Shown: positions 12,501 to 25,719 of the stretch, in pieces
How positions within the stretch are numbered: the first letter of the stretch is position 1
How the letters are laid out: each line of letters starts with the position of its first letter
Made by a program: the position numbers and the translations under genes
Notes under the pieces: model-generated
The model's database searches: none
Seen by the model: the letters and a program-made list of their open reading frames with translations, nothing else
Told to the model about the DNA's origin: nothing
From: Eledone cirrhosa
Taxonomy: Eukaryota
Length of the DNA: 64,000 bases
NCBI GenBank assembly: GCA_964016885.1
Contig: OZ024743.1
Location: 109,864,001 to 109,928,000 of the forward strand
Direction of reading: 5' to 3'

Positions 12501-15128
12501 ACGTCTGAAGAAATCTGGCCATCCTAGCCCTGTTGACGGGTAGACGGCTACTAGCCTGAAAGCATTGCCTTCGCTGCCGGTCACGTCCAGCACCACCGAC
12601 TTACCTTCTGGGTCCAGGAAGATGGCCCGTATCGCGAGATCCAATCCTCTCCGAAAAAGGACGGCAGACCCTCCCCCCGATCCTGGACGGCTGGGAGATG
12701 CGTTTACATCGTAGCCGCCGAAGATCGGTGCGAAGGCCCGTGCCTCGGAGATTCTGGTTTCACTGATGGCCACCACATCTATGTTTAGTGATCTGAGGTC
12801 ATTGAGCAGGTGACCCTGCTTCCAAGATGACCCCAGGCCACGTGCATTTATACTGGCTATTCTGAGTACAGCCAAGTTGGATGAGAAACGGGGCAAATGA
12901 GAAAGGGTCACTTACCTTGTTCGTGTGGTGAAGGGTCAGTAGAACCATCCCTTTCGCTGGTCATGGGTGTTTCCAAGAGGATGTCAGTGTATATCTTCTT
13001 GGTAACCGTCCCTCTGAAGTCTCCAACTGCGTTGGGGAATTTTTGTTTTAAAGGTTTGTATTGGTCTATTGAGGTTTCGATGATGCTTATGTTTGTCGGG
13101 AGAGTTCTTGGTGTTGGTGGGGTGTAGTAGTTTTTTTTAGTGATGTCTGTGTGCTGCTTTATATATTTTATGAGTTCTTTTTTTGCTATGTTTATGGCTG
13201 TGTACTTGTTGGGGGAGGGGTGATTTTGTTGCCGTTTTCTTCTTGTTGCTGTTTGGTGTGTGTGTCTTGTTGTGTTTGCGTTGTTGGTGTTTGTGGTGGT
13301 GTGCTGCAAGTTTCCTTGCTGCCTTTACCCCTCTCTGTATGCCTTGGCTTTTGGAGGGTGAATCTAAGTTTTTTTTTCTTTTTTCTTTTTTGTGGCAGAC
13401 TGTTTGCCACGTCACTCCCGCCTCAAACTCCATGGCGGATTCTGTGGCGTCTGGGAGGGGTATGTCCTCCACGGCTGTTGGTGGTGGTAGTGGAGCCCTC
13501 TTCGGCAATGTTGTTGCTGGTGTAGCTATTTTAAATGTAGCTATTGGTGTTGCCGCTACTGATGATGCTGCTTTAGTTATCTGTGGCCTTGGTACGGGTG
13601 CTACGGACGTTGCCCTCCTACTCACCGTGGAGGGGCTTCTTCGTTTGTTGCCTGTCCTGCTCTTGGTAGCAGCGGACCAGGTATTGGAAGGAGAGGGGCC
13701 CTCTTCGGTGTCTTCTGCGGGCAAAAGGCCCTGAGGTGACCTTTCGACCCACAGAGATAACATTTTGGCCGTCTTCCTTCTACACTTATAGGGAGTTGGA
13801 GTCCTTCCTCAAAGTCTATGATATCGGGGATAGCCTCGATACATTCCTGGTCAGTTTGTATAAGCATTTGCATGCCTATACCTGACCAGTTCTCTCTCCC
13901 TATTTTTTCTACTTGCAGCATGGTCGCCATGTTCTCAATTCCAGCAATGACAGACGCGGCCAGCCAAGGTATGGGCACGTCGGGTGGGACCTGGGTCACT
14001 TTGACCCTCACAATTTTCTGCCCGCAGTAGGAGGGCACCAAGACTAACTCCTCACTCTTTAGGGTTTCAAAAGAGTGAGACTTTGCTTCCTGGGTGGTGG
14101 CGAATAGTACGCCCACTGTGGCGTGCTTTCTGCCTCGGGTGATGTGGGGTTTGCGTGCCCAGACGCACCCCAATTCCTTTTGGATTTGAGCCTCCGTGGC
14201 TCTCTCCACTCGATGTGATATTTTGCTTACGGTGCGGTAAGTCACCGTTCGTAGCTGCTGGTCCTTGAAAAAATCGGGTGGAGGATTCAGGGAAACTCTA
14301 TTTGCGCTTCTTGTCACCATGGCCCTTGCGACTGCGATCTCCTACTCTGTGACTAACACTGTCTCGATATTTCGGGCGACACCTGCAAAAGAAGTGGTCC
14401 CTTTTTCAGCAGCACCACTATTGCTGCCGCTACTGGTCTTACTGGTGGTGCTGAGGTCGCTATTACAGGTATCGGTGTCATTGTTGTTCTTTTCGCTGGT
14501 ACAGTTGTTGGTGTTGTTTTCGTTGATACTGTTGCTGCTGTTACTGTTATTGTGGCTGTTGTTATTATTGTTGTTTTTGTTGATACTGTTTCTACTATTA
14601 TTGTTGTTGTGGCTGTTGTTATTGTCATTGTTACTGTCGTTCTCGACCTTACCGCTGTTAATTTTGTTATTGTCGTTCTCGACTTTACCGCTGTTATTTT
14701 TGGTGTTGTTGTTGGTGATGTTGTTGGTGTTATTGTTGGTGTTGTTTGTGTTAGAAACATATGGTAATTTTAAATCTGTAACAATCTTTTTTTCCTTTGT
14801 AATATTTTCGTTTATATTTACCTCCGCTGGAACGCTGTCTTGTTGACATGCTGATAAAGTCTCCCTCTATCTGTGTTGTCTGACAGCGCTCTCTCTCTTT
14901 TTTGTGTTATCCATGTTGAAATATATCAAAAAATATTTTTACACAATACGAATAGGACACCCGGTAAAGGGGTGCCGTATTATTTACTAGTGAACCCCTG
15001 TATTAGGTTGGTCACTTCTTCTAAACTTTTATCAAATTTAAAACTTGAATAAAAGGTTTAGAACGGTTGAAAAAGAGGTAATACGTTGAAAAAGACTGGA
15101 GGCGATAAGAAGCGTGGCTTCACCAAAC
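9592..15128 (-). mobile_element. Tx1-type LINE copy B, near full length, with an internal RT deletion
   Basis: ORF1 contains a CCHC knuckle CYLCGSKGHLRAFC (~13720-13770). Endonuclease at 12252-12911; RT/C-terminal ORF at 9876-11096 with CPRC..ETVVHAL..C. About 430 bp of RT is missing near 11600. Flanked by (TAA)n at 9550-9591 and 15129-15158. Confidence 0.9.
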
Positions 15129-15158
15129 AATAATAATGATGATAGTAATTATAATAAT

Positions 15159-18100
15159 GCTTTCTTTATTAACCACAAGGGTTTACATAAAATAGACATT
15201 AAGGACAGTACAGGACAATACAGGACGGTACAAATGGGCATTTCTGCGTGTAAAAAACAAGAAACAGAGGATGTAATAATAGAACATTGAAAGAATTCCC
15301 CAATAGGGGGGATACTTCCGAGGGACATTCGTGGAGAAAGCCCATTAAAAAGCCACAGTGACCCTGAACACCAGGGCAAGTGCTCTCTCCCAGTTTTCCA
15401 CGGTTTAATTTACAGACACATACTCAGAGTAGGCCCATTCACTCGGGCCAATCTTGCCTCTCTCACCCATCTTTCAACAAAATGCTGGGAAGAGAGCACT
15501 TCCCTTTTTAAATGAAATTTGAAAAAGTTAATCAGGGCATCACCGAAGAGGCGAGTGCTCGTCTTCAGCCTTTTTAACGTGTCCACCATACTATCTCTTT
15601 CGCCATGGCCACCAGACAGATAAAAACTGCCTGCCCGTCCCGGCTAAAGGTAGAGGGCGGGGCAACCCTCATGATGGACTCAGCTGATAGCTGGATCCGT
15701 CCTACACGCGACAGCAGGTGTTCGACATCAACCCACAAGTCAGCAATGCTGTAGATCTTATCCCGAACTGGCAAAGCTCCTCGGTAGCACTGCCAGGCCA
15801 GGGAATTCTGGAAGTTGTCCATAGGCCCCGGCCCGAAAGTTCTTCCGAAGAGATTGGCTAGTTCATTTTCGTCGACGCCTAGAGCTTCCCCAAGTACGTC
15901 ATCGTTCTTCCCTTCCACTAATCCTTTATAGAACGCCAAGGTGGTGTTTCCACCGATCACATTGCCCGATTGGACGAGGGCTGTGAGCGCCTGAAGACAT
16001 TCCAATCTCCAAGCGCTCCCTCTCGGTCTTCGCTTGACCCTGGACTGCAGCTCCGTCAAGGAGACGAGCTGGGGAAAAACGCGTCTAGCAAACAGAGACC
16101 ACGCCTGATCACCGTCGAGGAAGAGGTGGAGATGTCGTAGCCTGAACGCGTGTCTGCGCATCATCAGCCACGGCATTCCCAGCCCTCCACGTAGCGGGTG
16201 TTGACAGCAGATGGACCGCCTGACCAGCGGAGCGCGTGCCTTCCACAAAAAGAGAAATAGCAAACGCTCCAGCACAGTCAGGCGGGGCTTAGGACAAGGT
16301 ACGACGGTCAGGCGGTAGTAGATGACGGACGCGATATACGCGTTAGCCACCTCCGCTCGATCTTTCAGTGATAGCTTCCTCTCCGCCCATTTCTGGATGA
16401 GAGAAGCCAGCCTGCTCGTCATCTCGTCCCAGTTTTTGTCCGTCTGGAGATCCGGACCGAACCAGACCCCGAGCATTTAACTGGTCCGTCTGTCCAGCGC
16501 CCGACGACGCTGTTGGACGGCATGGACCTGCCTCTCCAGGTGCCGAGCTGCAGGCCCACTGACTTTTCCTGGTTGATCATTGCTCCTGTCACCGCTTCGT
16601 ATTCTCTTAGTGTAGTGCCGATCGCCTCGATGTGTTTGGCGTTCGACACCACTACGGTGACATCGTCCGCATATGCTGACACGGATCTTCCGCATCCTAG
16701 TTCGCGCGGGACCCCCCTCAAAGACAAGCGCAAACCTCTTTGCTAGCACCTTGGCCAAAATCTTGAACTTTGTCTTTAGCAGAGTTATGGGCCTAAACTT
16801 ATCTATGTTATCCCCCTTGTTCGGATCCTTTCTAAGCAGCGCCACAGCTCCTCGGCTCACAGAGCTGGGAATTATCACGTTCTGTTGCCAGTTGCAGTAG
16901 ACATCCGCCAAGAGGCCTCCGAACAAGTCTGGCATCTGTACGTAAAGTTCATAGGGCAGACCATCCAAACCAGGCGATTTGCCCCGTGTGCAGCCAGTCA
17001 TTGCCTCCCGTACATCAGCGGCTGTTATCGGCAATCCGTCGAGGTAGACACTAAAGTCCATTCCCCGATCCGGACCTCCGCTGCCTCAGAACAACTGAGC
17101 GAAGTGTCGCTGAAAAGCTTCACACATTTTCCCGGGATCGAGTAGCATGCGCCCGTCGTGATCCACCAAAGACCGGATCGTGGCTTTGTTGCCACGACGC
17201 GCCTCCGCCACTCGTGCCCATTGAAAGGCTTTCATCCCCTCGTGTCTGAGGGCACGCACCCTAGCTCTGACAAAGCAGCCTTCGTGCTTTGCATTGAAGA
17301 ATTGGTCAAGGTCCAATTTCGCCGCAAGTACGTCGGTCGCGATGCCTTTGCTAATCGCCTCGTCTAATTTTCTAACTGATTCTTCCTCTGCTATATTTTT
17401 CTCTATTGCTAAAGCCTTGCTAAACCTAATGGACTCTATTCTAATTGCTCTTTTCAGAGCTAACCACCACTTGTTGTTGTCGATGGCCCCCGTCAACGCC
17501 CGCTTAACAAGTTCGCTATTCCGGTCTCTGTAGGATTTGCGCGCTGGTAAGGATGCGTTTAGCTTCCAGTAGCCGGGTCTTCGTTAAGGAAGCCTATCTA
17601 AGTCAAGCACACAGATCACGAATATGTGGTCCGTGTAGCTGACTATCTTGAATTGTGGACAGCCTATGCTAGACTTATCTATTTCTCTATAAAATACTCT
17701 ATCTAGATATGATCTGGATGACCCAAGGCGATTTGTTCAAGTCCACATTGGCACATTCGGCATATCCAATCGGTACCTGTCAGACAGTTCAAAACGCGTA
17801 AGCAGGTTGGTGAGGCTCTTTCACCCTCCTCCCCTATCCGTTAATCCCACGCAGTCCCAGCGTGCATCTAAAATCCCGTTCCAGTCGCCCACTAACACTA
17901 AAGAGCGGGACGTTCCAAGAAAGGTCTCCAGACGCCGGAAGAAATCAGGCCGCCCTGCTCCTGTCGGGGCATAGACGGCCACTAGCCTAAAAGCTTACCT
18001 GTCTCCGCTGGTCACGTCAAGCACCACGAACTTACCTTCTGGGTCCAGGAAGATGGCCCGTATGGCAAAATCAAAACCCCTCCTAAAAAGCACAGTAACC

Positions 18101-20499
18101 CCACCCCTCGATCCCGGACGGCTGGGAGAAGCGTACACATCGTAGCCGTCGAAGATCGGTTCGAAGGCCCGTGCTTCGGAGATTCTGGTCTCGCTGATGG
18201 CCACTACATCTATGTTTAGTGACCTGAGGTCGTTGAGCAGGCGGCCCTGTTTCCATGACGAACCCAAGCCACTCGCATTTATGCTGCCTATTCTGAGTGA
18301 GGTCATGTTGAAATGGTGTGGAAAAGATAGGAAAGACCACTTACCTTACTTCTCGTAGAGTAAGGATGGTTTGTCCATCCTTTTCACTGCTTGTGGCCTC
18401 CTCCGGAAGGATGTCCTTATAAATCCTCCTGGAGAGTGTTTGTCGTAATCTCCGATGTCTTTGGGGAATTTTTGTTTCAATGTCGTGTACGTCTTCTGTG
18501 TGATGCGAGTGATTTGTATGTGTGCAGGTGGTGTGAACTTTTGGGTTGTTGTGTAGTCTTTTTCTGGGATGCTGGTGTTGTGTTGCATGTAGTGTAATAA
18601 TTTGTTGTTGTTCAAAGTTATTGCTGTGTAGTGTGTATCGTTTTGGTTTTTTTGTTTTGTTTGCGTTTGTTGTGGGTTTGTTTCTGTTACGCTTTTTGGT
18701 GACTTTTGTTGTGTTGGTGATGGTGGTGTTGAGGTTAATGATGGTGATGGTGTTGGTGTTTGTGGTGATGGGGTTGGTGATGCTAGTGTGGATGGTGGCA
18801 TATCTGTCCTAACTGTTTTGTTTGATAATTTATTTGTTTCCCTCTGTATTTTGTTTTTGGAGGGCGAAGGGAGAGAATTTTTTTTTTTAGTTTCTTTTTT
18901 TCTTTTTTCCTGATACTGTCTCCTACTCCTCGTCGTCACAATCTGTCTCCAGTTGCGATAAGCCGGGGAGTGGAAAATCCTGCACAGGCGTTGATTTTGG
19001 TTGTGGGGTGGTGGATGGTGTAGGCGCTGGTGCTAGTTCTGGCGCGTTGGGTGGTGGTGGTGTTGGTTTTGCTAATTGTTGCTGGGGTTGTTGCTATTAC
19101 AGTTGCTTCTGTCATTGCTGCTACAGTTGTTGCTGCCATCTCTGCTGCTGGTGGTGTTGAAGGTTGAGTTACTGGGGTGGGTAAGAGCGGTGCCTCACCC
19201 TTTTAGCCTGAAGGCAGAAAGCACTTAGGTGGGTTCCTTCACCACAAATGATACACCTAGGTCTTCTGCCCTCGACGATTACAGTGAGGTGGCTCCCGTC
19301 AGTGAGGTCTATTACCTCTGGGATCTCCTCAAAGCTTTTATGGTCCGCTTGGATCAGGAGCTCCATCCCAGATCCGTACCAGTTCTCCTGCTTTTCTTTC
19401 GCTATTTCAATTATCTTGGTGTTGGCCTCGATGCCGGCGAGGACGGCAGCCATTAGCCAGGGAATTTCGATGGCCGGTGGAACGTGGGTCACCCTGAACG
19501 TGGCCACAATAGCTTGGGACGAGTGTGAAGTCGTCACTTCTTAATGGGGCCATGGAGTGTTCTCTGGCATCCTGTGGTGTTTCAAAGAACACGGTTACAT
19601 ACTTCTGCCCACGTCTGATGTGGGTTTTTTTTGCCCACACATGTCCCAAAGCTTTTTGGATTTGGGACTCGGATGCCCGTTCCACTCGGCGCGATTTCAT
19701 GTTAATTGTCCGATAAGACACGGTGCATAGGCGACGTTGCTCCATTTTCTTAGGTGTGTGTGTGTGTTTGTGAGGCTGACAGTGTACCCATCTTTCTTTA
19801 CCATTCCTTTGGCTTCTTCTAATTCCTCCTGAGTTACCTGGATCGCTTCGCACGTTTTTTCTACTCTGGCAAAACTGTTGCTTAATTTCATTGTTGCTGT
19901 TGTTGTTACCGTTATTTTTGCTATTGTGGATTTTAGTTTCAGTTGTGGTGGTGGTGGCGTCAGTGATGTTCGGTCTGGAAGAGTTCATTTTGGTTGAATT
20001 CATTTCGATATCACGAGTTAATTTATTTTTTTCTTTTGTTTCTGTTGTCGCTGTGGTGATGGTGGTGGTGGTGGTGGGGGGGGGGGGGTTGTCGCGGTGG
20101 TGGTGGTGGCGGCTTTAACACCTGCAGTCATTGGTAATGGCGGGAAATGAACGTCTGCCTGAGACAAATTCAAAATATTGCTACTGCTTACATTTCCATT
20201 GTTGGCAAACGTAGCAATATTTACAATGGAGGTGTCGGTGTGAGGTGTTAGATTGTGAGGAAGGAGTGACTCTGAGACATCCATGATTTTTCAAAGAAAA
20301 ATGTTTGTTTGATAATTATAAAAGTTTAAATTTTGGGCTCAAGGCCCCAATATTTTTGAGTGTCCTTTTCAGAAATCAATGTATGTGCACTTATATACAG
20401 TTAACAATAAAAAATGTTCCATAAATGGCAATTTTAAACAACTGAAAATAACAAACCTTTGCGGAGCTCACGATGATACGATTTACTACGTAGGTCGCC
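15159..20499 (-). mobile_element. Tx1-type LINE copy C, near full length, with an RT core deletion
   Basis: ORF1 knuckle CIICGEGTHLSAFC (19169-19537), endonuclease start MTSLRIGSINASGL (18306), and RT pieces at 16477-17061 and 15574-16733. Flanked by (TAA)n at 15129-15158 and 20500-20523. Confidence 0.9.
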
Positions 20500-20523
20500 A
20501 ATAATAATAATAATAATAATAAT

Positions 20524-20624
20524 TGTTTCTACATTTGGCACAAAGCCAGCAATTACCCAGTGCATTACTGGTACTTCATGTTATCGACCCCATAAGGATT
20601 AAAGGCAAAGTTAACCTCGGCGGG
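20524..20624 (-). mobile_element. SINE 3' part, head truncated
   Basis: Closely similar to 21057-21160. Its (ATT)n tail (20500-20523) abuts the 5' end of Tx1 copy C. Confidence 0.75.
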
Positions 20625-20640
20625 ATAATAATAATAATAA

Positions 20641-21050
20641 AAGATCTGCTTATTGAAATTGAGAAAATGTGGCACCACAAGGCCGTTACAATACCAGTGA
20701 TTGTGGGACAACTGGGTATGATCAAGAAAGGAAAAGGACAATATTTGCGAATGATACCTGGTTTGCCTTCTCTGCACGAAATGCAAAAAATTGTTTTGAC
20801 TGGTACTGCAGACGTATTGAGAAGAGCACTATCTCTGTAAGACTGATAACCCTCCTTGTATTTACATATCCATATGCACATGAGTATATATATGTATACT
20901 GTTTTTTTTATTTTTTTATTTTTTATTATAATCAACGTGCTGTATTAACTGGCTTACCAATGCACACTGTGAATTTATTTGCCCTAGGTATCGGGAATGT
21001 ATCTCAGCATGTATCTCAGAAACAATAATGAAAGAAAATAAAAACAATTA
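20641..21050 (+). mobile_element. 3' fragment of a second R4/Dong-type element
   Basis: KDLLIEIEKMWHHKAVTIPVIVGQLGMIKKG...LQ-type C-terminus homologous to 3320-3520; begins right after (ATA)n at 20625-20640. Confidence 0.75.
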
Positions 21051-21056
21051 AAATAA

Positions 21057-21432
21057 TTCTTTCTACTTTTGGCACAAGGCCAGCAAATACCCAGTGCATT
21101 ACTGGTACTTCATTTTATCGACCCCATAAGGATGAAAGGCAAAGTTAACCTCGGCGGGATTTGGACTCAGACTGTAAAGGGACGTAACTATGCTAGAAAA
21201 CATGGCGTCCAACCCTCTACCGATACTGCCAATTCACCGCCCTATATAATAATTGTTTCTACTTTAGGCACAAGGCCTGCAATAACCCAGTGCATTACTG
21301 GTACTTTATTTTATCGACCCCGTAAGGATGAAAGGCAAAGTCAACCTCGGCGGGATTTGAACTCAGATTGTAAAGGGACGTAACTATGCTAGAAAGCATG
21401 GCGTCCGACCCTCTACCGATAGTGCCAATCCA
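21057..21432 (-). mobile_element. Two tandem tRNA-derived SINE copies (21057-21243 and 21252-21432)
   Basis: On the minus strand: A-box-like TGGCAGTATCGG, B-box-like GAGTTCAAATCCC, central GCCTTTCATCC..GGGTCGATAAAAT.AAGTACCAG block, and GTAGAAA-(ATT)n end. Confidence 0.8.
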
Positions 21433-21441
21433 CATTATAAT

Positions 21442-21819
21442 GCTTTCTTTATTAACCCCAAGGGTTTACACAAAGTATAACATTAAGGACAACACAGGAC
21501 AATACAGGACGGTATAAATGGGCATTTCTGCTTGTAAAAAACAAAAACAGAGGATGTAACAAAAAAAAGAAACAAGGAGAAATTCCCAAATAAGGGGGGG
21601 GGGGGGGGTCATCCGAGGGTCACTCGTGGAGAAAGCCCTCAAAAAAGCCACGGTTACCCTGACGACTAGGGCACGCGTCCTCTTCCAGTTTTCCTCCTAC
21701 GATGCTCAGTCACATGCTCAGTGTAGGCCCATTCACACGGGCCATGCTTGCCTCTCTCACGCACCTTTCAACAAACTGGCTGAAAGGAGCACTTCCCTCT
21801 CCACTTTGATATTCCTTTT
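21442..21819 (-). mobile_element. Tx1 3'-end fragment
   Basis: Homologous to 15159-15510, with the same AATAAAGAAAGC-ATT terminus on the minus strand. Confidence 0.8.
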
Positions 21820-22599
21820 CCGGTGCCCATGGACAACTTCCAGAAATCCCTGGCAGTGCTACCGAGGAGCTTCGCCAGTTCGGGATAAACTCTACAGGCA
21901 TGGAAGTGCCGTCAGCCGGACCTGTCCGAGATGCGCCCAGTGCAACGAAACCATCTTGCACACATTCATCTAGTGTCCGAGCATTGCTAACTGGTGGGTT
22001 TATGTTGAGCATCTGTTGTCGCATGTAGGATGGATCCGGCTATCAGCTAACTCCACTGTAATAATTTCCCCACCACCTTCCTCTAGCCGGAAAGGGCAAG
22101 CAGTTTTCATCTGCCTCGTGACCATGGCGAAAGAGATCGTGTGGTGCACGCATTTTAAAGGGCTGAAGACGAGCACTTACCTTTTCGGTGACACCCTGGT
22201 TAACGTTTTCAAATTTCATTTAAAAAATAATATCAGGTTGTTAAAATAAGTGCTCACTTCCCAGCAATTTGTTGAAAGATCGGTGAGAGAGTCGAGCATG
22301 GCTCAAGGGTATAGATTTGCTTTGAGAATACGTCTGTAGATTGGAGGAGGATGAGTGGGAGAGGTCATTTGCCCTGGTGGTAAATGTAATCGTGACTTTT
22401 GTGTGAGATTTTACCACGAGTGACCTTCGCAGATCTCTCCGTATTGTGTAATTTCTTTTGTTTCATTTTTTTTGGCTATTTCCTTTGTTATGTATTTTTT
22501 TTCTTACACGCAGAAATGCCCATTTGTATCCTCCTCCATCGTCCTGTGCTGTCCTTAATGTTATACTTTATGTCAACCCGTGTGGTTAATAAAGAAAAC
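21820..22599 (+). mobile_element. Tx1 3'-end fragment in the opposite orientation
   Basis: Encodes ...RTCPRCAQCNETILHTF...AVFICLVTMAKEIVW; ends AATAAAGAAAAC followed by degenerate (ATT)n at 22600-22652. Confidence 0.85.
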
Positions 22600-23329
22600 A
22601 TTATTACTATTATTGTTATTATTACTGTTATTATTATTAACATTATTATTATAACGGATAATATGCTAATGATTTGGTATGTGTGTAATGTGCTGATGTG
22701 GGTTAAAGGAAATACTTAGAAGAGGAACGTTATTTCAATATTACTAAGAACACGGAATACATTATGATGTTAAGAGAGACAAGACAATGAATGAGATATA
22801 AATGCAAACTAAAAAGAAAACGTCAAAAAGAAATATAAAGAATTAAAAATATTATAAAAAACGAAGTAACAAACACAATATCATAATAAAAATCATCGGT
22901 GCTCGTAATGGAATCACACTGTGGACAGGGTAAAGGCTTGGGTGGAGGTTTTCAGTTTATTTGGTGATGTATTGTTCAAGTGAACAAGGACACTGAATGG
23001 ATGTCGCTAGGATAGGATTTGTGAGTGGTTTCGAGTGGAGTAAGTCGCTGGTTGGAAAAGAGTAGCGTAAATCAGGGTGAGTGTTTGTCTATTCGAAGAA
23101 GTAAAATATACACTGTATTCAAATAATATAGGATATATGAACACAGGCGTACACACCCACACACGCCCCCCCCCACACACATACACACACACGCGCGCGC
23201 ACACGCACACACACACACACACACATACACACACACACTCGTACACACACACCTATATATACATATATAACATATATATAAACAGGAGAATCAATGGAAA
23301 AATTAACATCTTTCATTCAAAAAAGTATG

Positions 23330-23915
23330 TTTATTTTCATACTCATATTTCGATTCAAGTGAGCCTTCTATCCTTGAAATGTTGGGAAACATCTCGCATA
23401 TTCCATGTGTATATACAGTCGTAGAGATACAACTATCGATGCGTGTTCCATCTCTTCAGAGACATGATAAATGTCTTTAAAATGAATGGAGCATCGCTTT
23501 TATCTTTAGCAGAAATGTTGGAGCTAATGCATATGTGCCTAGTACAGAGTAGGATTACGTAAAACAATTTAAAAAGGTGTTTTTGTTTTGTGTTTAAATA
23601 TATTCTTTTTCACTCCAAAGATAGTAAGATCTCAGCATACGAACAAAATAGATAAAATAAGACTATTGAAACATTTTTGAAAGCTACTATGTATTAGGTA
23701 AGCATGCTTTACGTTTAACATTCCTCTGCAGATAACATAATGTATCATTGACAACCCCATTCATTTTGAAGACTTTTATCGTCTCTCTGAGTAGGAAAAA
23801 CGTGCATTGATGGCTGTATATCGACGCTTGTATATACATATGATTATGCGAAATGTTTCCCAATATTTCAGAGAATAGAATGCACATATCCATCGAAACA
23901 CGTGTAAGAGAATAA
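23330..23915. repeat. Old degenerate long inverted repeat (arms ~23330-23555 and ~23685-23915), MITE-like
   Basis: For example GATAAATGTCTTTAAAATGAATGG vs CCATTCATTTTGAAGACTTTTATC, and GGGAAACATCTCGCATA vs TATGCGAAATGTTTCCC. Confidence 0.6.
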
Positions 23916-24055
23916 ATAATCATTTTAACTATGTACAAACAACGCGATCATTTCATGAATCGATTCCCTTTACCTGCTGGACAGAACAAACCCAGGAAAG
24001 TTTAATAAATTCGTATACAGACAGATTTCTGCTTCAAATATAGATATCTCTCTCT

Positions 24056-24056
<1 letters not shown>

Positions 24057-24127
<71 letters not shown>

Positions 24128-24136
24128 ACACGCACA

Positions 24137-24205
<69 letters not shown>

Positions 24206-24215
24206 ACACACACGC
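24057..24215. repeat. (CA)n microsatellite
   Basis: Seen directly. Confidence 0.95.
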
Positions 24216-25674
24216 ATTCCTCCCACTATATATATATGTAATTGTGTCTGTGCATGTATCTTTTTGTGTAATTGTAAGTGAAATTCCGGGATATATTTAG
24301 ATATTCAGAAAGTGAACAAATGCGGCTCTGGAATTAAATTTAAGGAAAAATAAATACATAAAAGTCTCATCATTTTAATGGAAAATTAAAAAAAATTATT
24401 TGGAAATATATGGAATGATGTTGATAAAAATGTTAGAATTCTTTTCTTAAAATCTAATGTGTTTACAATCAGGCATTTTAAGGAGGACTATGTGTGTTGG
24501 CATTATATCATTGCGATTTTATTCCACGTAAGCTTTCCTTCATTTTCGTCTTGAAAAATACTCCAGGACAGTCTTTAACTATATTTTGTGAAATAAGCAA
24601 GTATTATTGACAATATGGGTCGAAACTGTTTACATCTACATCGACAACCGATGGTTAAAGTGTTTATGTATCTTTAATATTGTCTGAGGCAATTACAGCT
24701 CCTACACGTTCTTCTGTATTGAGTTCGTTACTACTATTATGCGACAAATCTTCACTTGTATCACGAAACAGATGTATCAAGGATAGTGATAATTAAACCT
24801 GCAGGCAAAAGATCCAAACATCCTAACTAAAAACGGATTTCCAGCATCTTTAATCACTGGGATACCAAAGCACTGGAAAAGCAACAAGGCCGATACATAA
24901 CCTTTGGCATATTTCATGATTTATGGGGTTACCTCGTAACAAAAAAAGAACCACCAATTTTATCCAACATTCACACCAGGGGTACGGTATGTACATACAA
25001 CTCCTGCATTTTGACGTCATTGCTCTCCAAAAACCAAATAATATACGACAAATGTATATGCACACGTTCAAAATGCCACAGGACAAACTGAAAAATATGC
25101 ATATGATATAGTGTTAGTCACCTATAGAATCAATGGTAGCTAGTTCATTGTAAGCACTGTCAACGGATGAAAGACCAAGAGTGTTTCCCCTGTCAAAAGA
25201 CCTATAAAGAGATCCCACGGCGGAGATAGTGAGATAACGATAGACGTTATGGAAACAATCGTGTTTACTTTACCGAATTAAAGAAGCTCTCTCTATAAAC
25301 TGTCATAAGCTAAGGATCAATATTAAATTACAGTTAGATGAAGCCGGTTAGCAGTTTTAGCATTTGTTTATGTTGAAACAAAACTAATTCTCTATCCTCT
25401 GATGACATTTTGAGTGAAAAAAATTATAAATAAAACACTCTTTAACTTTAAGTGCATTATTTAGGCTTACAATCTTTTAAAATTATTATACTGAAAGAAT
25501 ACTATCAAAACCTGGTATGAAATGCAATAATATATATATACAAGCCACATCAGAGCCGGATGAAATTGGCTAATCTACATATTCCCTTTTTCTTATCTTC
25601 TGAATATTTTGTAAATATATATGTATGGGTGTATATATATGTTTATATGCATATATATATGTACGTATATATAC

Positions 25675-25717
<43 letters not shown>

Positions 25718-25719
25718 GT

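Noticed and set aside
8823-14846. Leu/Val-rich 'membrane protein' ORFs on + (8823-9350, 14265-14846)
   Set aside because: They are antisense readings of the Asn/Thr-rich (AAC)n N-termini of Tx1 ORF1.
3903-20499. Tandem segmental triplication of one LINE
   Set aside because: ORF1 and 5' UTRs are too divergent and the deletions are copy-specific; independent insertions fit better.
25395-25430. CTGATGA...GAAA hammerhead-like word (also at ~33615 and ~51512)
   Set aside because: Stems I, II and III cannot be formed; these are chance matches.
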